Shown here piece after piece: positions 11,501 through 23,500 of a stretch of DNA of 64,000 nucleotides. Position numbers and translations under genes: made by a program. The stretch covers positions 24,281,465-24,345,464 of the forward strand of contig NC_057719.1 of NCBI RefSeq assembly GCF_004010195.1, in the 5' to 3' direction. Under the pieces are notes generated by a model that was not told the origin of the DNA, did not search any database, and saw nothing but the letters and a program-made list of their open reading frames with translations. Source of the DNA: Chiloscyllium plagiosum. Taxonomy: Eukaryota. Positions within the stretch are counted from its first letter, which is position 1. Every line of letters starts with the position of its first letter.

Positions 11501-14500
11501 TAGCAGCTGAAGTGGCTGATGATTATGAGCTGGTCCATAGTGTAATCCGAAACTTTTTTTGTTCAGGTAAGTGGCACAGAGCAGCGGCAACAAGGTAAAC
11601 ATGCTCTGCTAAGCTGATTCAATTACAGCAGAAAGATGAGGGTTAAAACAGTTATATCTATGGGCGGTATGGTGGCACAGTGGTTAGCACTGCTGCCTCA
11701 CAGCGCCAGAGACCCAGGTTCAATTCCCGCCTCAGGTGACTCTCTGCGTGGAGTTTGCACATTCTGCCTGTGTCTGCGTGGGTTTCCTCCGGGTGCTCCG
11801 GTTTCCTCCCACAGTCCAAAAATGTGCAGGTTAGGTGAATCGGCCAAGTTAAATTGCCCGTAGTGTTAGGTGAAGGGGTAAATGTAGGGGAATGGGTCTG
11901 GGTGGGTTGCTCTTCGGCGGATCGGTATGGACTTGATGGCCCGAAGGACCTGTTTCCACACTGTAAGTAATCTAATCAAAGAAAGTGAGTGCATTCCTGT
12001 GTGTTATTACTTAACAAATGATGTCTTAATGAGGAAATGAGACCATCACACATTCATGCATATGAGAAATTAGCTCATCAAATTGTTTTGCCAGTAGGGT
12101 ATAAAAAGGAAGTGCTGCGAGTGGTGCATGAGGTATCACTTGGGGGTGAGGAAAAGACAAGCTAAAATACAAAGACATTTTTACTGGCCTGGAGTACACA
12201 AAGATATAGTTGAATTTTGCCAGACGTGTCATACATGTCAGCTAACTGCACCTTAAATACCAATTCCAGCATTTGAGGAACCTTTCACAAGTGTCTTGAT
12301 TGATTGCATAGATCCCCTACCTCAAACAAAAAGTAGGAATAAGTATTTATTAACAAAAATGGATGTGTCGACTAGATTTCCAGACGCAATCCCATTATGC
12401 AACATCACAGCTAAAAGGGTTGTAGAAGAATTACTTAAATCTTTTACTAGATATGGACTACCAATAGAGATCCAGTCAGATCAAGGATCAAACTTCATAT
12501 CCAAACTATTGAGGAGAAGGTGTTAATGATGACAGCACAGAAGGAAGAACCAATTTCAGAGGATTCTGAATTGGACATTCCTCAAATCAAACTGGACAAT
12601 GAGGAAGTTGTCATAAAACTGGGATAAACGGAGTTACCTTCCACTAGAAAATCGAAATGACCTGAAAGGGTTATTACTATTACATGGGGAGATATGCAGA
12701 AATAAACTGCAAAGTATTAACTTAATTGTGCATAATGAAGATATATAAAATGCTGTTCTGATTAAGCAACATCCCTTTAGGATAACCCTCGAAAGTTAGC
12801 ACAGGTTCAGAAGGAGTTAGAGCGCATGCTCCAAGATGGCATAATCAAAGTGAGTTACAGTGACTGAGCTCACCCATTGTCATGGTGCCAAAGCCAGATG
12901 GTACCCAACGATTAAGTATGGACTATCGCAAAGTCAACACTATTACAAAGACTGATGCATATCTAATTCCATGGTTGGAAGATAGTGTTGAAAAAGCAGG
13001 ACAAACAACTTACATTTCTAAGTTGGACTTGCTCAGAGGCTACTGGCAAGTACCTCTGCCAGAGAGAGCAATGACAATTTTGGCTTTTGTAAGGCCAAAT
13101 GGACTATATCAGTTCAAAGTCATGCCATTTGGTATATAAAAAAAATTCAGAGACTGGCTAATATTGTCATTGCCAGATTACCCCATTGTCTGGCATGGTC
13201 ACCTTCCTGGGCCACGTTATTGGACATAGACAAGATGCAAAAATAAAAGTAATTGGGGAATTTCCCACACCATCGACAAAAAAGCAGTACTACGGTTCCT
13301 AGCGTTGAGTGGATTTTATCGAAAGTTTGTGCCGAATCTTAGCAGTGTGGCTGCTCCACTCACTGAATTGTTAAAAAAGGGCAAGAAGTTTTAGTGGACA
13401 GCAGATTGCAAAAGTGCATTTGACAGCCTAAAAATTGTGTTTACCGCTGCCCCAGTATTAGCCACACCGGAGTAAGCGAAGCTTTTCAAGGTGGTTATCG
13501 ATGCCAGTGATGTGGGTGTTGGTGCGGTTCTCCTGCAGGAGGATGACGAAGGAATAGAAAAGACCCATTGGGGATTTTTCAAGGAAGTTGAACATTCATC
13601 AACAGAAATATTCAACGGTGGAGAAAGAGACTTTAAGCTTGGTGTTGGCATTTCAACATTTCATTGTTTTTATTACGAGCAATGCATCTGAGACAATTGT
13701 AAACACTGATCACAACCCATTGAAATTTGTGGGAAAATGTAAGGACAAATATGTCAAACTGTTTAGATGGAGCTTGTTGTTGCAGCCATTCAATTTAACA
13801 ATTGTGCATGTGGCTGGTTGCAAAAACGTGATTGCTGATGCGTTATCGAGACACAAATAAGATACAGAGGTGTTTGGTGGTGGGTGTATCACTGCTTGAA
13901 TTTGCATGTGGTTATGCATGTTTGCATGTTTATAGTTAGTATAGCGTATATGTGTGTTTAGACTACTAACCAGGTTTTGAAGTGTTAAAACTGAAGACAT
14001 TTTTTGGTTTTGATGGCTCATTTTAAGTGGGGGGGGAGAGACTGTTGTGTATATTCGGAACAGCATAATTAAGTCTAGTTGGATAGGCTGAGTTCCGTAC
14101 GGCTTCTTTATTCTGTTATTTGTGTGTCATCATGTTATTTTGTGAATAAACTTCTGTCTGTTTTAGTCAACCTAGCTAACTTAATCCGGGTAATTTTTAC
14201 TATACACTAAAACAAATTGCAAAATTATGGTCTGACCTACCTGCTTAAGAATGGTTTGAGTGGTCTGGCTTAATCCATAACAACAGCTTAAGCAGGATGT
14301 AAAATCGGTAGTAGTAGATAAATCATCCATTATTCATCCAGCTCGAATTTGCTTTTATTAACTTCAATGGTAAGAAATACAGGGAAAGATGGCCCACCTA
14401 TTACAGTTCATTTCATCCCACATGAAATGAACAGATATGGAAGTGTTAATAGAATTTTTGAAAATCTCTCGAAAACTAGGCCTATATCTGTGCTGGGAGT

Positions 14501-17500
14501 GAAGATGTTAATCTGGAACTTGAATCAGTCCTTTGGGCCTTCCTAATTATGATCAATTCCATTAGAACAATCTCTCTTTATTTTGGTTCCAACTATTGCC
14601 TCTGAAGTCCAATCATCCAGCCACCTCTCTGCTATCTTCCGTGACCTAATTTATTCCAAATGACATTTTACTCAATTGCTTGGAGTTATGCTGAGTATGC
14701 CAGGATTCAGATAGAATACTTTTCCAATCTGGCAATAACATTTCAATGGGAAAAGCAAAAGTAATTTTCAGCTTCTCTTTATACTTTTGCATGTCTCTTG
14801 TGTTCCAATGAAATTGAATAGGACTGTCCAACTGTGAGCGGAGATTGACCCTGGGCACAATGACTCAGTAATGAAGGACTCCACTTGAATCCTGGTCTGA
14901 AACTCATCTGTCTAGGTGTTCTTTACTTGCCTCTTTCCCCATTTGGTCTGAATACTTGCACATCCACTGCTGACCTCTAGCATACAATTCCCAACCTCTC
15001 TGTCTACTTTGAATAGGTATATTCATACCCAGCTTGACTTTTGGCATAGTCACTTTCTCAAGTTCCCACACTGTAACATTCTCAGGCAGCTTAGGGTCCC
15101 CACCTCACCACCCCGCAATGCCCCTACCTCCAATACAGTGTACTCTAAGTCCTTCCTTCCTGTAAATGTTAAAGGCCTTAAAAGGGGGAAATATATATTC
15201 CTTCACACTCCAGCACTGTACATCAGCAAATTGCAGAATGCTTCATTTTCTGTTGATTAGTTTTATTAGGTGAAAAATTGGAGCAAATGCCTCCATTCTA
15301 CCCAATATATGCTCTTACCAGGTGAAGCAATAGAAGAACATGTCGAGATACCGGGTGGAATTTATTGTAGGCAAATGGGTCTCGTCCACTCACTGAGGAG
15401 CCAGAAGCAACCTCATCTTGCCTCTTTTCAGGAAGATGTACTGCACTGAGTGCCACTAAACTGGGCAGTGGGGAGCCTTCCAGAGGATTAAGAAATCATC
15501 CATCAATCAGAGCTCTGGGCACGTGCTAACTTCTGTCAGCACTGAATCTACTCAAGACCCAGGATCAACATTGAAGTCAGGCACAGGTGAATGCGGGAGG
15601 GAGACCAGTTGAGGGGCCAGGGATGAAGCATGAAAAGGACAGCAGGAGCTTTGGGGATGACGTTTCCTTTGTTCGGCCCAGAAGGGCCGAAGAGGAGGTT
15701 TCACGTTGTTCAACAGCAGCCCATGCAGCAAAAACTGATGGACTCCCTGATTAGTGTGGGCCCCTACAAAGCAAGTGAAAATCTCAGAGGACTCTCACCA
15801 ACAGCACAGCATAACCTCTGTACTTCCTCTTATTAACGGTCCTCTTATTATAAAATGATGTATCCTCCATTTATAATTCTAAACCACAGGCAATTCATAA
15901 ACCTGGTTTCAAAAATCAAACTATTATTACTAAATGAATTAAACATCCCATTTTAGTTGGTAAGTAAAATTTCTTGTAGTACTAAGCACTGAGTCCTTCT
16001 TTGCCACTGTAACTTTAACTTTTTCCTCGATTACCTTATGAATGAAATTGCCTCGTTGTAGATTTATTTTCATTTCTATCTGTTTATTCTTCTCCTTTAT
16101 TTCATCGCATTCCATTTGTCGCACTGAGAGTTGACTATTAATCGTCTATTTAAAAACAAAGTTTTTGATGTTAAGCCAGCCAAAGGAAAGTGATCAATTA
16201 ATGCAGTTTTACCACATGAACAGAAGCAAATGGTCTCTGCATTAAAAACAGAATTGAATGTTGTTTAGCCATTCTTTATCAAGCCACCACAGTCAGAATA
16301 TTTGTAGAAATAAGTAAAAATATCCAGGGTGTAAATCTTATGTCACTGGTCATTTAATTATTCCTTCATGAAGTAAGGTGTGAACTCTCTAACACCATTA
16401 CATGTTGCATAAATGGAGTCTACGATTTACATGGTTATATATTATATCCAACACAGGAATAGATCATTTAGCCTTACAGATCTACATTGGCATTTTACTC
16501 CAAACAATCTTCATCACCTAACCTCAACAACGTATCTTTCCATTTCTTCCCACTTTTGTGTATTGTCCATAAACTTATCTGGACTATTAAATATTCAAAA
16601 TACTCAAATATTCCTTCAGGTTATGAGTTCTCTGGGTAAATAAGTTTCCTTTGAATTCCCTACTGGATGTGTTGGTGACTTCCCCATATTTATGGGGCTT
16701 AATTCAGCATTAGTAGCATTTTGTCTCCATGTCTCCCTTTCAGACTCTGTCATGGTATAAAGACAGGATACCTCAGTTTCTTCAGAAAATTGTCCTAACC
16801 AGTTCAATCTTTCACAACAGGTATAATCTCTCAGTTTAAATAGAGGTTAGATCTATTTTGCACATTCTCTTTATTATTTGGAGACCAAGTGTTCAGTTCA
16901 GAGTTTGGGAACGCAACAACCGAATAAATTCCAAGACTCTTTCTGGGGATATGGTCTTCAAATGTAAATTATTCCAGAGGAGACCTCATCATGCAATTAG
17001 TGGTACCGAATGTTGTTCCTGTGGCAAGTGCTATTTGCAGAGGAGTGGTACAGACAGACAAAAGCTAAGATGGGGTTTGTCACTGCCTGACAAAGGAGAG
17101 CAGCCAGCACATTGGAGGGCCAACAGCCTTACTACATACCAAAAAGCGGCCAAATGGTTGACTGAAATGTATTATGCCCGATCTAGAGCTAGACCTTCCC
17201 AGTCCAAGTATTTTTGCCATTTAAAAAATCCTTAATTACCCCCTGCACTGAATCAGTCAGCCTTACAAATTGAAAGTTTCCTTCTCACCCTTTCCAGACT
17301 GTTAACCAGCTCCTGACGGAGCTTTACAGGCTGTCAATTGGAGGCAGGCAATTTTCAGACTCATCTCATCCCCAAAGTCTCATATTGGAAATCTCAGTGC
17401 ACCCTGAAGCTTTTGGACTGCAACACGCCATCCAAAAACTCAAACCATTAGTTATTGACTTAGTAACAGGATCCTCTACCTCAATTAATATCTGTAGTTT

Positions 17501-20500
17501 GAACAGCTCATTTAATAGAGTACAATACCCTGCTTGCAGTTGAGGAATGTAATGCTGCTCCTGTTGTGGCCCCACAGGCAATTGAAAATCCTTATCAGTT
17601 ACTGTTTAGTTTAACAACAATATTGTGCACAGGAGCTGTAAGTAAATGTATTGCAAGCAAGAGATTAGATTACTTACAGTGTGGAAACAGGCCCTTCGGC
17701 CCAACAAGTCCACACCAACCCGCCGAAGCGCACCCACCCAGACCCCTACATTTACCCCTGCACCTAACACTACTGGCAATTTAGCATGGCCAATTCACCT
17801 AACCTGCACATTTTTGGACTGTGGGAGGAAACCGGAGCATCCGGAGGAAACCCACACAGACACGGGGAGAATGTGCAAACTCCAAACAGTCAGTCGCCTG
17901 AGGCGGTAACTGAGCCCGGGTCTCTGGCGCTGTGAGGCAGCAGTGCTAACCACTGTGCCACCGTGCCGCCCACTAATACACAAACAGGACAATGATAATG
18001 CTATGAGCTGGAAACCTAGTCAGTGAAGTACTTTAACTCAATCAAGAAATATACACTGCATTGATAAAAAGCAAAGTGCTTCGACAAATGTAGATGTAAT
18101 ATCATTAAATGCACGTAAAAAAGCACAATACTATGGATACCGTAAATCTGAAAGCAAAACAGAATATTTCTGGAAACACTCAACAGCCCTGAAAACACCT
18201 GTGGGGAGAAAAGAGAGTTCATCAGTCTGAAACATTAACTCTGTTTCCATCTCCTCAGAGGCTGCCAAACTGCTGAATATTTTTAACATTTCCTAATTTG
18301 ATTACAGCAATAAATGCTCCACAGCTACACTGTTGCCACATTGACAAAAACAGAAGAAAGCATTCATATTTATGCAGTTCCTCATCATATATCAAAATGT
18401 TTCAAAGCGCAGTTAACAAAGCATTCAAATTTAAATACAGCTCATGTTGACAAAGGCAAATTCGAAATCTACTGGCACATGGAAGGGTTCCAAGAAATGG
18501 AGATGGAGATGAAAAATTCATGTAACTGCTCTGGCCGAGGGAGGAATGCTAGCTCAGATACCAGAATAAATCTAAACTCAGAGGTATTCACTTAAGAGAT
18601 CTTTAACCAAGATATAGTACTTCTTAAACTTCAACTCCTATACGGTAGTGTCTGCCTCAATGACATGCCCAAGTCTTGAAGTATGGATTGAATCCACAGA
18701 TTCAGAGTCAGCTTGCCAGATAATTAACTGAGCCTAGTTGTTACGTCCCATAAGAAATTAATGTGAAAACTTCCCTGTGTAAAGTTATGTTATACTGTGT
18801 TTATTCATTACTTCTCATTCATCTTGCATAAAGACTGCAGTGTAGCTCCGTGTGAAATGGCACATGTCAATGAGGGGAGAGGAGCAGCTGTTGTTTCAAT
18901 GTCAGGACAGTGATTGAACCAACATACATATTGAGCATTAATGATTTAATGACATGAAAGATAATCAGTTCCTTTTTGGAACTTGCATATTAAATAAAAT
19001 TTGCATACAAAATTAGCTGCACGGGAGGGAAACAGAAACTAAGTGTGGGATTTTCTGAACCCTTGATTATGATGGGCAATGTTGGAGAACATGGCGAGAA
19101 CGGAAAAATTAAATTCCCACCCACCCCCGAAAATGCACAGAAATCAGAAAGCATCCCAAGGAGAAAGGGAGTTTTATCTCTGATGGGACCCTTCCCACAC
19201 AAATTTGTTTTTTTTATCCACCATTTCAAATACTGAATGACCTGCTGAGTTTTTTTTTACCCATTCAACAAGGTTAGTACAATCGCGTCACTGAATTCAT
19301 AGAATGCACAAGCAGATGCTTGGTTTCTATTTTATCTCCATCTGTATAAAAGCCTTCAGCAAATAGATTGATAAAATAGTTTATACATCTCAAAGAAGGT
19401 TTAATAAAAACCATACCAGTTTTGTGGTGTCATATTCTTGATGCAGACTTTCCAAGTCACGCTGGCATTGTTCCATCTCATCTGACAACCTGCTGAGATT
19501 ATTTATCAAAGCCTCATTGGTGGCTCCAAGGGTTTCATGTTTTCGAATGATACTCATCACCATAGATTCTGAGCTGTACTCCAAGTAGTCTGGAACATAT
19601 AACAACATCAAAGCAAGACTTGAAATTGTTCATAGTAACTTTTAACAAGGAACAAATTGTTATCATAACCATTATGTCTATAAAAGTATGAAATTGCATA
19701 CAGCCAGTAACTTGCTGTTAATCCTTTCTAATTGCTTATATGTTTTTAAACTGCATTTCTCAACAGATGACAATCAACAGATTTCCTTTTAAGATATGCA
19801 ATTTTAAAATGCTCTTTTTTAAAAAATAATTTATGTAATTTCCTTGGGGTTTCTGGCAGTCTTTAACCAATGGAAAGATCAACAGAACCTGCCTGTTGAA
19901 ACTAGAGACTTCTGGATTTCAATGTATTTTGGTTTGTACTGATGGACTTAAGGAACAGGTAATGAAAATAAATCAAAAACAGTAATAGGAATCAATCTAT
20001 CCATCTTTCTTTAATGATTAATTGCAGGAAGACAGGACTTGAATTCAGTGTGAGAGAATCTATTATCCATCTTCACAATCAAAGGCCTTCAATGCCAAAC
20101 TTTTTAAGATAATGAAAGATTAAAATCAAGATATGCAAAAGATATTGTGTTTCCTTTAAAATTTAAATGCTGACATGATAATTTACATTAAATTTCTCCT
20201 CGTCACTCTTCCCCATTCAAGAAGTGAGAACTTCATTTCAACTTATATAACAATAAAAATATTTCCACTTTGCAACTATAAACTACATACTTACTTTCAG
20301 GCAAATTATCAATTACTTTCAGAAGATAATCTTCATACAATTTGTATTTTGACATACCCCTTTGCAGTTTTCTTTGCCTGTGGACAGTTAGAAAATTGAC
20401 TAAATATATTTAATTGAGAAAGTCCTATCATAAAAAGTATACAGACAGAGAAATAAGTTACTGTCTGCTTCTGATTAATTCAAAATGAGCCAAAAGTTTT

Positions 20501-23500
20501 AATTAAGCTACTGAACTATATTCAACTGCCTATCTAATATAGCCAGAGTTCAGAAAAAAATTGCTGAGTACTGCTACAAAGAATCTGGCATTATACTTTG
20601 CTCTGTTCAAATAGATCAACAAAATGTGACATGGAGCAATTGCACAAAGAGACTACTCTTTTATATTCTATCACCTGATGAAGGAGCGATGCTCCGAAAG
20701 CCAGTGTGCTTCCAATTAAACCTGTTGGACTATAACCGGGTGTTGTGAGATTTTTAACTTTGTACTCTTTTATATTGGTCACTATTTCAACAGCAACAAC
20801 ATGTATCCATATGGCACCTTAAAAATAAACATCCAATGGTGGTTCAGGAGGTTATTATACACCAAAATAATACAAAGCTACATAACAAAGTATTAGTTCA
20901 GATGATCAAATGGTTGATCAAAGACATTTGGAGAACTGGCTTTCACAGAAGAAAGTGGAAACTTCAGAGATTAATATTTAGACAAGGAAAGACACAGGCC
21001 TCAACAGCAGCACAAGTTAAATAAAAAATCAATATGTTCTGAGGAAGGGACCCAAGACATAAGCTCTGAATTCTTTCCACAGATGCTGCCAGCTTTTCCA
21101 GCAATTTCTATTTTTGTTTAAAAAATATCAAGGAATCATAAATGCTCGAATTTGACAGTGCACCAAGTTCAGCAGGTTAGGGATTGAAGGAAAATACAAA
21201 GTTTTTATTGTGGGGGGTTGGTAAAACAAAAAGATGGAGAGTTTTCGAAAACAAGAACAAGACTTCAAAATCACAACATTGATTAATAGGTACCAACTTA
21301 GATGAGCAAGCACAGGAATGGTAATGGACTTGGACTTATAGCAAGTTAAGATATTGTTATGAAGCCATGATTTATAACAAATGACTTTACTAATTTCCTG
21401 GATTAGTGGTGCTGGAAGAGCACAGCAGTTCAGGCAGCATGAAGGAGCTTTGAAATCGACGTTTCGGGCAAAAGCCCTTCATCAGGAATAAAGGCAGAGA
21501 GCCTGAAGCGTGGAGAGATAAGCTAGAGGAGGGTGGGGGTGGGGAGAAAGTAGCATAGAGTACAATGGGTGAGTGGGGGAGGGGATGAAGGTGATAGGTC
21601 AGGGAGGTCTGGTGGTGAGGGAGCGGTGGTGGAGGAGGCCCAGCACCTCCATATCCTTGGCAGAGTGGGAGGGGGGGTTGAAATGTTGGGCCACGGGCGG
21701 TTTGGTTGGTTGGTGCGGGTGTCTCGGAGATGTTCCCTAAAGCGCTCTGCTAGGAGGCGCCCAGTCTCCCCAATGTAGAGGAGACCGCATCGGGAGCAAC
21801 GGATACAATAAATGATATTAGTGGATGTGCAAGTAAAACTTTGATGGATGTGGAAGGCTCCTTTAGGGCCTTGGATAGAGGTGAGGGAGGAGGTGTAGGC
21901 GCAGGTTTTACAGTTCCTGCGGTGGCAGGGGAAAGTGCCAGGATGGGAGGGCGGGTTGTAGGGGGGCGTGGACCCTTGGATGCTGCCTGAACTGCTGTGT
22001 TCTTCCAGCACCACTAATCCAGGATCTGGTTTCCAGCATCTGCAGTCATTGTTTTTACCTCTTTACTAATTTCCTGGCTGGAACAAAAGCCGCATTCCAG
22101 TGATTTGAAACACAGCTTTTAAAGAAGGCAAAGTATTAATATCCTTGTAATTATAAAGACCTTATATGGGTCTCCATATCTTACTTCATGCAAGATCATA
22201 CAGATATTTTAAAGAATGAAATCTTGCAGCTGCTGTCTGCAGAAAAAGATACATCACTTGTGCAGTTCTTCAAACTGCTTTGATGCAAAGACATAAGAAT
22301 TGCCATGTTCAGCATAGATTTATTCTTGCACTTTTCCCCAACTCAAATTTCCTGGGAGCGTTACAATATCCATCAAGGAACCAATTATAGCAGTGAGGCG
22401 GGATGATACCTTGGCAGGATCATCAACTGAAGCCATATGGTTAGAAGTACAAAATGCAAAAAGAACAAAAACACTTATGTACTAAAGGCCCCCAAACAGA
22501 AGACATAGAGGATTAAGTAAGTCATCAACTTTCAGACTGGCTTCAGAATAATAGGGTAAAATAGTATGGGTTTATTCACCCAAACATTATCTGGGATAGT
22601 TTCAGTGTTCAAGGTAGTGTGATGAGACTGTAACTTTAGGAGGCGTATTTTGTTCTGGTTTCTTTTAGAGAAAGGCTGGAGGACAGGTGACGAGCAACCT
22701 GAGAAGATAAACAACTTGTGAAGCTTTGGGTGTTTTATTTTTAAAGTTGGAACAATAGAATTGGACTGAATGGGTGCGGTCAAGCTTCCACCCATAGAAC
22801 CAGGATTTTTAGTTTTAGATTTCAGCAGTTAGTTGCTATTGAGTCTTGAAGAAGTGAAAGCTCTCTCAATTACAGCCAAAAGCTGGGGTTCTCTTCCTAT
22901 GTTGCTGTTTACAATCTATTGTCTGAATTTGTCAAGGGTGTGTTTAAGGGACATTAATATATTGGAACAGTTATTGTTTAGTAGTGAAATATTCTATTAT
23001 TCTGTTAAGTTTTCCAATAGAGTTAAGTTATTCCATATACCTCTTTCTTTGGTTGTAAGTTAACTACAGTGTTTGAATAAATTGTGATTTGAAGGTGCCA
23101 GTGTTGCACTGGGGTGTACAAAGTTAAAAATCACACAACAACAGATTATAGTCCAACAGGTTTAATTGGAAGCACAATAGCTTTCGGAGCGTTGCTCCTT
23201 CATCAGTTGGACCTCACCCACCCAATGAAGGAGCAGCACTCCGTAAGCTAGTGTGCTTCCAATTACATCTGTTGGACTATATCCTGGTGTTGTGTGATTT
23301 TTAACTGAACAAATTGTGTTTTGTCTAACATTGAGTATTTGACAAATCAAATTGTATCTGGAACACAGCACTTTACATTTACCTTTAAAATAAGAGAAAG
23401 TTAGAGTATAGGCTACTATATACATTTTGAAGGGGTCTGGTCTGGTCCAGAGCAGTTGGGAGAGAAAACACTTTTCAAACTGCATCCTGTAGAACATTTT

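Larger units (their letters stand above)
9853..14282 (+). mobile_element. Gypsy LTR retrotransposon, Gmr1-type (gag-INT-RT-RNaseH), decayed and internally deleted
   Basis: TG...CA ends with ACAG TSD (9849-9852 / 14283-14286); 5' LTR 9853-10502; degenerate tRNA-Pro-like PBS near 10505; gag about 10600-11540; integrase about 12050-12530 ([23 protein letters not shown]); RT about 12780-13330 ([21 protein letters not shown]); RNase H 13480-13860 ([26 protein letters not shown]); PPT 14025-14040. Confidence 0.92.
22618..23454 (+). mobile_element. Solo LTR (Gypsy-like) containing a PLE foldback insertion
   Basis: TG...CA ends, flanks GTAG/GTTG (4-bp TSD, one mismatch), AATAAA at about 23076, 3' end resembles the Gypsy LTR end. 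Confidence 0.6.
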
